NCBI GenBank assembly: GCA_965371335.1
Contig: CBDUYA010000092.1
Location: forward strand, 1-10,148
Origin: an uncultured bacterium
GTDB taxonomy: Bacteria; Acidobacteriota; Polarisedimenticolia; Gp22-AA2
DNA: 10,148 nucleotides
Direction of reading: 5' to 3'
Below the pieces are notes generated by a model. It was not told the origin of the DNA. It worked only from the letters and a program-made list of their open reading frames with translations, and made no database searches. The stretch's first letter is position 1. Each line of letters opens with the position of its first letter. Both the position numbers and the translations under genes were made by a program. Shown in pieces: positions 6,276-10,148 of the stretch.

Positions 6276-7524
6276 GCTGCGCCTCGATCCGCTTCAACGC
6301 CGCCTGACGATCCGGCTGATCGGGCTTCAAGCCGATGGAGCGACGCAGGAAGTCGGCTGCCTGCGCCGCATCGCCTTTCTTTTCATAAGCCTGGGCCAGC
6401 GCGTTCAAAATGGCGGGGTTCGCGGGGCCGGTCTCCGCCGCCCGCCGGAAGTACTCGATTGCCCTGTCAAGATCCTTCTCCAGCGCATAGGTGGTGCCGA
6501 GGTTGAACAGGGCGAGGACGTGGCCCGGCTGCAACTCGAGCGCCTTCTCGTAAGCGGCGCGGGCCGCCGGAATATCGCCCTGCCGGGCGCGCAGGCTGCC
6601 CAGGCTGATGTGGAACGCCGGAGTCCCGGGCGCAAGGCGCACCGCGTTCCCGAAGGATGCCTCGGCGGGCTCGATCCGGCCCATGCGCAGGTAGACCTGG
6701 CCGAGCCAGTCATGGTGCATGGCCGACCCGGTTGCCTTGTGAACGGCGGCGTCGAGGAGGCGCTCGAGCTGATGGAGCGCTTCGGCATCGCCGCGGGAAT
6801 GCAGCATGAGGAACAGCCGGCTCATCGGTTCCGGGGCGGCCGGATTGAGAAACAGGGCTTCGAGATAGGCCCGCTCTGCCGCTCGCGGCTTCCCTTCCGC
6901 CTCCAGCACCGTTCCGATGGCGGCATGATAAAGCGGCTCATCGGGCGCGGCGGAAAGGAGCCCCTCGGCGAGCTGGCGGCCGGAAGCGACGAACTGTCGG
7001 TTCAGGTAGTCGATGACCGCGTTGAAAGCGACCTGCGGCCGGATCGGCCCGACCTCCAGGCCGTCGTCGGAGATGCCGCGGACGATTAGCCCGGCGGACA
7101 CGATCTGTGCCAGGCGGGCACCGGTCGCTGGATTGAGGAGCTCGTCCGCGTTGAGGGTCTGCGCCGCCTGCTGCACGGCGGCACGCACCGTTTCATCGAT
7201 GAAGACATCCGGTTCGCGACCACTGCATTCGCCATGGAAGGTCAGGATGTCCCCCGGCGAGACGCGCGCGGCCAGTTTGACCGGGAGCTTGAACGTGGCT
7301 TTGTCCCGGGTGACGATTTCGAGTGCCTCGTCCAGGTTGCGAAAGCCTGTCTCGTATCGATAGAGACGCTGAAAGGGGAAGATGCGGAGGTGCAGGCCGG
7401 CATCGAGGACAACGGCATCACCCCCGTAGGACTCGCGCACCACAATCTCCCCGGAAGCGACCCAGGTGAGAGTCAGAAAAGCGACGGCAAGGAGCGCCGC
7501 GACAGAAATCAGAACACGCTTCAT
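6268..7524 (-). CDS. Signal-anchored SPFH/band-7-like domain protein fused to a C-terminal TPR-repeat region (about 419 aa)
   Basis: I prefer the internal start MKRVLISVAALLAVAFLTLTWVASG (ATG 7522-7524; GGAG 13 nt upstream), which gives an N-terminal TM/signal anchor. The track start 7617 would add 31 aa rich in Arg, Pro and Cys. Residues ~25-200 (GEIVVRESYGGDAVVLDAGLHLRIFPFQRLYRYETGFRNLDEALEIVTRDKATFKLPVKL...) resemble the HflK/C-prohibitin SPFH core (EG.rgVv.rfGk...epGLHfkiPfi..v..vd.R.q......vlTkD...v.vd). Residues ~230-419 contain ~6 TPR-like repeats (AYLEAL, AEASFGNAVRLAP, ARAAYEKALELQPGH, AIEYFRRAAETGP, AADFLRRSIGLKP). The 3' end overlaps the dedA stop by 8 nt (convergent). Confidence 0.8.
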   Translation of the reverse strand: MKRVLISVAALLAVAFLTLTWVASGEIVVRESYGGDAVVLDAGLHLRIFPFQRLYRYETGFRNLDEALEIVTRDKATFKLPVKLAARVSPGDILTFHGECSGREPDVFIDETVRAAVQQAAQTLNADELLNPATGARLAQIVSAGLIVRGISDDGLEVGPIRPQVAFNAVIDYLNRQFVASGRQLAEGLLSAAPDEPLYHAAIGTVLEAEGKPRAAERAYLEALFLNPAAPEPMSRLFLMLHSRGDAEALHQLERLLDAAVHKATGSAMHHDWLGQVYLRMGRIEPAEASFGNAVRLAPGTPAFHISLGSLRARQGDIPAARAAYEKALELQPGHVLALFNLGTTYALEKDLDRAIEYFRRAAETGPANPAILNALAQAYEKKGDAAQAADFLRRSIGLKPDQPDRQAALKRIEAQLR

Positions 7525-7530
7525 CGGTTC

Positions 7531-7558
7531 GGGATTCTCCGTGGTGCAGGGTTCTCCG
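7531..7558. repeat. Tandem direct repeat GGGaTTCTCCG / GGGTTCTCCG (18-bp register) in the 5' leader of the SPFH-TPR gene
   Basis: Nt 7531-7541 GGGATTCTCCG and 7549-7558 GGGTTCTCCG. On the minus strand these read CGGAGAAcCC...CGGAGAAtCCC, and the promoter-proximal copy supplies the SD (GGAG) for the ATG at 7524. Confidence 0.3.
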
Positions 7559-7755
7559 CCGAACTGGCCGCGACATGCCGCAGAGCACGCGGCGCGGGGA
7601 TCGCGGACGGGGCGCAAGTTTAGTGGACGGCCAGCCGGCTGTCAACGCGAGCGCGGCTCTCCCCCGCGGCCCGGACGGTGTCGTCAGACGCTGCGTATGC
7701 TATGTTTGAAGCCTTGGTAGAAGATGAACGGCGCGATCCGGAGGAGGTTCTGGGA

Positions 7756-8430
7756 GTGCGACGGGTGGTGGGGTGCGGCAGGACATCGATAGCGGGCCTG
7801 GCGCTGCTGCTGTGCGCCACCACCGGGGTCCGTCCCGCCACCCAGGGCGAGGCGGTGGTCGCGGTCAGGCTGCTCGAGTCACGCTTGAACAATATCCGCG
7901 GGCTGGTCGGACGGTTCACGCAGACGCTTGAGTCGCCGGCCCTGCCGGGGCCTCAGGAGGAAAAGGGTACTTTTTATCTGCTGCGCCCCGGACGCATGCG
8001 CTGGGAATACGAGGAGCCGGCAGGCAAGCTGGCGATCGCCGATGGTGAACGAACCCATCTCTACATCCCGGCCGATCGGCAGCTGGTGGTCGCGCCGATG
8101 GCACAGGAGGGGAGCGACTCCGGCATCGCCTTTCTGCTGCGTCCGAACATCGATTTGCTCCGGGAGTTTCGGGTCGCCTGGGGCGACAACCCGGCGACGG
8201 GAGGGCGGGCGCCGCTGGTGCTGACCCCGAAGAACGGGCAGAAGGTGTTCGACCAACTCATTCTTGAGGTTTCCGACGATCATCTGATCGAGGCGATGAC
8301 CGTCGTCGATCCCCTCGGGAGCACGATTACCTACCGATTCAGTGATCTGCGTCTGGTGGCGGATCTCGATGCTTCTCTGTTCCGCTTCGATCCTCCTCCC
8401 GGAACCGATGTTCAGGAGGTGGTACCCTGA
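7756..8430 (+). CDS. lolA: Outer-membrane lipoprotein carrier protein LolA (periplasmic chaperone), about 224 aa with signal peptide
   Basis: Mature region ...FTQTLESPALPGPQEEKGTFYLLRPGRMRWEYEEPAGKLAIADGERTHLYIPADRQLVV... follows the LolA pattern (F.Q.......G.l...rP...rW.Y..P....ivsDG..lw.Y.P...Q). Start chosen as GTG 7756 (GGAGG at 7742-7746, 9-nt spacing), giving MRRVVGCGRTSIAGLALLLCATTG as signal peptide. The track start GTG 7678 would add 26 acidic, non-signal-like residues. Stop TGA at 8428-8430. Confidence 0.8.
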   Translation: MRRVVGCGRTSIAGLALLLCATTGVRPATQGEAVVAVRLLESRLNNIRGLVGRFTQTLESPALPGPQEEKGTFYLLRPGRMRWEYEEPAGKLAIADGERTHLYIPADRQLVVAPMAQEGSDSGIAFLLRPNIDLLREFRVAWGDNPATGGRAPLVLTPKNGQKVFDQLILEVSDDHLIEAMTVVDPLGSTITYRFSDLRLVADLDASLFRFDPPPGTDVQEVVP

Positions 8431-8455
8431 CGCCTGTTGCGGCGGAGCCCCGTTG

Positions 8456-8485
8456 TTGCAAAGGCTTCGAGCGGGATGCTAAGAT
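8456..8485 (+). promoter_or_regulatory. Sigma70-like promoter candidate (TTGCAA-N18-TAAGAT) upstream of yajQ
   Basis: TTGCAA at 8456-8461 and TAAGAT at 8480-8485 with an 18-nt spacer, about 33 nt upstream of the preferred yajQ start GTG 8518. Same -10 flavour (TAnGAT) and spacer length as the 1561-1590 promoter. Confidence 0.35.
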
Positions 8486-8517
8486 GCCTTTTCTTCGTGT
8501 CCTCCCCGGAGGTCGCC

Positions 8518-9009
8518 GTGGCGTCCGAAAACTCCTTTGACGTCATCTCGAAAATCGATCTTCAGGAGGTCGACAACGCCATCCAGCAGGCGTGCAAGGA
8601 AATCAGGCAACGGTATGATTTCAAAGGGAGTCATGCCGAGATCGGCAGGAAGGAGCAGTTGCTTCTCCTGAAGGCCGAAGATGAATATAAGCTCAAGGCG
8701 GTCACTGAGATCCTGACGCAGCGCCTGGCAAAGCGGAATGTCCCGCTCAAGGGGCTGACCTTCAAGACTCCCGAGTCCGCCATGGGGGGGAGCCTACGGC
8801 AGGAGGTGCAGCTGCAGCAGGGCATCCCCCAGGAGCAGGCCAGGGAAATCGTGAAGATTCTCAAGGCAAGCGGGCTTAAGGTTCAACCGGCGATTCAGGG
8901 AGATCAGGTCAGAGTACGCGGACGCAGCCGCGACGTGCTGCAGAGCGCGATGACCATCTTGCGCGACAGTGCGCTCGACTTCGACATGCAGTTCACAAAC
9001 TACCGATGA
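8518..9009 (+). CDS. yajQ: YajQ family (UPF0234) nucleotide-binding protein, 163 aa
   Basis: MASENSFDVISKIDLQEVDNAIQQACKEIRQRYDFKG... aligns residue-for-residue with E. coli YajQ ([34 protein letters not shown]...). The ...KVQPAIQGDQVRVRGRSRDVLQSAMTILR... segment is also conserved. Start GTG 8518 with GGAGG at 8507-8511 (6-nt spacing). The track start 8437 would add 27 non-homologous aa. Stop TGA at 9007-9009. Confidence 0.85.
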   Translation: MASENSFDVISKIDLQEVDNAIQQACKEIRQRYDFKGSHAEIGRKEQLLLLKAEDEYKLKAVTEILTQRLAKRNVPLKGLTFKTPESAMGGSLRQEVQLQQGIPQEQAREIVKILKASGLKVQPAIQGDQVRVRGRSRDVLQSAMTILRDSALDFDMQFTNYR

Positions 9010-9740
9010 GGCGGCGGATGATCCGCAGCGTGCTGCGACCCCGAGGCTGGACGGTGGCCATGATCCTGGCGGCGTTCTGTCTCGTGCTCGTGATGGCCGT
9101 CTTTCCGGGCGGTCTCCGGGCGGGGGAAAAGCGGGTCGATGTGCGCGGAAGGGTGACCGATGCCACCGGGGCCGCGGTGCCCGGGCACTCGGTGCGTCTG
9201 ATCAAAGCGCGAACCATCGTGAGTCTCGGATCGTTCAAGAAGCGCGACCAGAACGTGGAGGAACTGAGCAGCACCACGGACGCGCACGGTTTCTTTGAAT
9301 TCGACTTCCCCCGCGACAAGAAGTTCCGCTATTACTATCTGCGCTTCTACGACCCGGATGACTTCGACGCCATCAAGTACCGTCTCCCCGAGGACCGCGA
9401 CATCTCCCGCAAGGCGCGCAAGGGGCGGGCGGTCCAGGTTGACGTGGTCCTCGACCTACAGCCCGGGTGGCCCGAGGTCGCGGCGCTGATCCGCGAATAT
9501 GGAGCGGGCACCCAGCGCGCCCAGATTCTGCGAGCGCTCGGCCTTCCATCGCGGCGCGTGCCGCAGGAGCCGGGACGGGAATTGTGGGAATACGATGCGG
9601 CCGGAGTCGCCTACCTGATCGAAGGGGGCAAGGTGCTCGAGACGCGGCGGGATTCTGCCAGGAAGAGGAGCGGAGCCGAGAGTGGCGTAGTCCCGGCCGG
9701 CGATTCTCCCCCGCGCGCTCCCGGAGGAGGGGGGCGATGA
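9006..9740 (+). CDS. Hypothetical membrane-anchored/secreted protein (about 240 aa), no family recognised. Possible small beta-sandwich (carboxypeptidase-regulatory/Ig-like) segment after the TM and a disordered Gly/Pro/Arg-rich C-terminal tail
   Basis: High GC3 and good coding periodicity. N-terminal MRRRMIRSVLRPRGWTVAMILAAFCLVLVMAVFPGG is a signal anchor. The VDVRGRVTDATGAAVPGHSVRLIK segment resembles the first strand of CarbopepD_reg-like folds. ATG 9006 overlaps the yajQ TGA (ATGA), and the stop TGA 9738-9740 overlaps the ispB ATG (ATGA). ATG 9018 (GAGG 6 nt upstream) is an alternative start. Confidence 0.65.
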   Translation: MRRRMIRSVLRPRGWTVAMILAAFCLVLVMAVFPGGLRAGEKRVDVRGRVTDATGAAVPGHSVRLIKARTIVSLGSFKKRDQNVEELSSTTDAHGFFEFDFPRDKKFRYYYLRFYDPDDFDAIKYRLPEDRDISRKARKGRAVQVDVVLDLQPGWPEVAALIREYGAGTQRAQILRALGLPSRRVPQEPGRELWEYDAAGVAYLIEGGKVLETRRDSARKRSGAESGVVPAGDSPPRAPGGGGR

Positions 9741-10148
9741 CCGATCTGGCATCCGGACTGCGAATGAAGTCGAGCCCGGTCCCGCGCCGTCCGGGCCGCT
9801 ATCCTCCCGGGCTGCCGGCGATCGTCGCCCTGGTAGCCGACAAGCTCGCCCTTGTCGAAAAGGAATGCCGGCGTAACCTGCGTTCGGAGTTCGGGGCGAT
9901 CGACGAGCTTGGGCTCTATCTGGCGGAAGCCGGTGGCAAGCGGGTGCGCCCCATTCTTCTCCTGCTCTCGTCGCAGATGTGCGGCTACAAGGGAGAGCGC
10001 GACGTTCTCTTCGCCTCAGTGTTTGAGTTTATTCACACGGCGACGCTGGTCCACGATGACGTTATCGACCAGTCCGATCTGCGCCGGGGGCGTGGGTCGA
10101 TTAATGCCCGCTGGGGGAATGAGCTGACCGTGCTGCTCGGTGACTACC
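9737..10148 (+). CDS. ispB: All-trans long-chain polyprenyl-diphosphate synthase (IspB-like octaprenyl/heptaprenyl-PP synthase), 3'-partial. Absent from the ORF track because it runs off the window
   Basis: Open frame from ATG 9737 to the window end. Preceded by GGAGG at 9725-9729. Translation [48 protein letters not shown]...[19 protein letters not shown]...[42 protein letters not shown] contains the first Asp-rich motif (FARM, DDxxD) and flanks that are almost identical to E. coli IspB ([39 protein letters not shown]). Chain-length specificity cannot be read from this fragment. Confidence 0.85.
   Translation, partial: [137 protein letters not shown]

Noticed and set aside
5165-6307. 380-aa plus-strand ORF overlapping both the DUF4870 and DedA genes in another frame
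   Set aside because: The translation is Arg/Pro/Gly-rich and low-complexity. The two genes it overlaps carry clear family motifs (HAKQ; YVFPPVPGD) and TM helices in their own frames. It is an out-of-frame artefact.
7577-7593. Short GC hairpins (GCCGC-N7-GCGGC at 7577-7593; CGCGG-N7-CCGCG near 7651-7668) in the lolA/TPR intergenic region
   Set aside because: The stems are 5 bp with no flanking U-tract. Such palindromes are expected by chance in 70% GC sequence.
6405-7623. Antisense or alternative-frame ORFs over the SPFH-TPR gene (6405..6788 minus, 6520..7089 plus, 7013..7363 plus, 7234..7623 plus)
   Set aside because: They overlap a frame with coherent TPR repeats and an SPFH-like domain. 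No motifs are present, and codon periodicity supports the 6268..7524 minus frame.
7525-7755. Possible promoters for lolA (TTGAAG at 7706-7711) and for the SPFH-TPR gene in the 230-bp divergent intergenic region; also the ORF-track N-terminal extensions of both genes (7617 and 7678 starts)
   Set aside because: No -10 hexamer lies at an acceptable spacing from any candidate -35. The extensions are acidic or Arg-rich, non-homologous and have no SD, whereas the internal starts have GGAG/GGAGG sites and give proper signal peptides. The promoter positions are left unassigned.
8993-9319. Minus-strand ORFs (8993..9319, 9000..9287) and plus-strand 8969..9298 inside the yajQ/hypothetical junction
   Set aside because: They are antisense or out-of-frame relative to the GC3-consistent 9006..9740 frame. 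The products are His/Arg/Pro-rich and low-complexity.
1-10148. Screen for CRISPR repeats, tRNA/rRNA, IS elements, integrases, toxin-antitoxin pairs and defence-system signatures
   Set aside because: No repeat-spacer periodicity was found. No cloverleaf-capable conserved tRNA boxes in the intergenic regions. No transposase, recombinase or nuclease motifs in any frame. No long direct or inverted terminal repeats. The gene content is core housekeeping, so nothing of this class is claimed.

Overview
GC-rich (about 65-70% by eye) chromosomal segment from a diderm bacterium, densely packed with conserved housekeeping genes on both strands. In order: the 3' ~95% of a YifB/ComM-type Mg-chelatase-like AAA+ ATPase; a two-gene partner-switching pair (GHKL serine-kinase anti-sigma factor, then a STAS anti-sigma-factor antagonist, ATGA-coupled); convergent mutS on the minus strand; a DUF4870 small membrane protein plus a DedA/VTT membrane protein transcribed divergently from mutS; a minus-strand signal-anchored SPFH(band-7)-like::TPR fusion protein; divergent lolA; a yajQ (UPF0234) gene; a hypothetical membrane-anchored protein; and the 5' end of an IspB-like long-chain polyprenyl-diphosphate synthase. 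The last three genes are chained by ATGA stop/start overlaps. I found no rRNA, tRNA, CRISPR array, transposase, integrase, or long repeats; this reads as core genome, not an obvious mobile or defence island. The points most worth follow-up are: (i) the orphan, order-inverted partner-switching pair with no adjacent sigma factor; (ii) the SPFH::TPR fusion; (iii) an AT-rich island with near-consensus back-to-back promoters between mutS and the DUF4870-DedA operon, and a perfect 7-bp inverted repeat at the predicted +1; (iv) the uncharacterised protein translationally wedged between yajQ and ispB. Most long ORFs in the supplied track that overlap these genes in other frames or on the opposite strand are Arg/Pro/Gly-rich shadow ORFs typical of high-GC DNA and were rejected. 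All family assignments come from recognising conserved motifs by eye, not from a database search.
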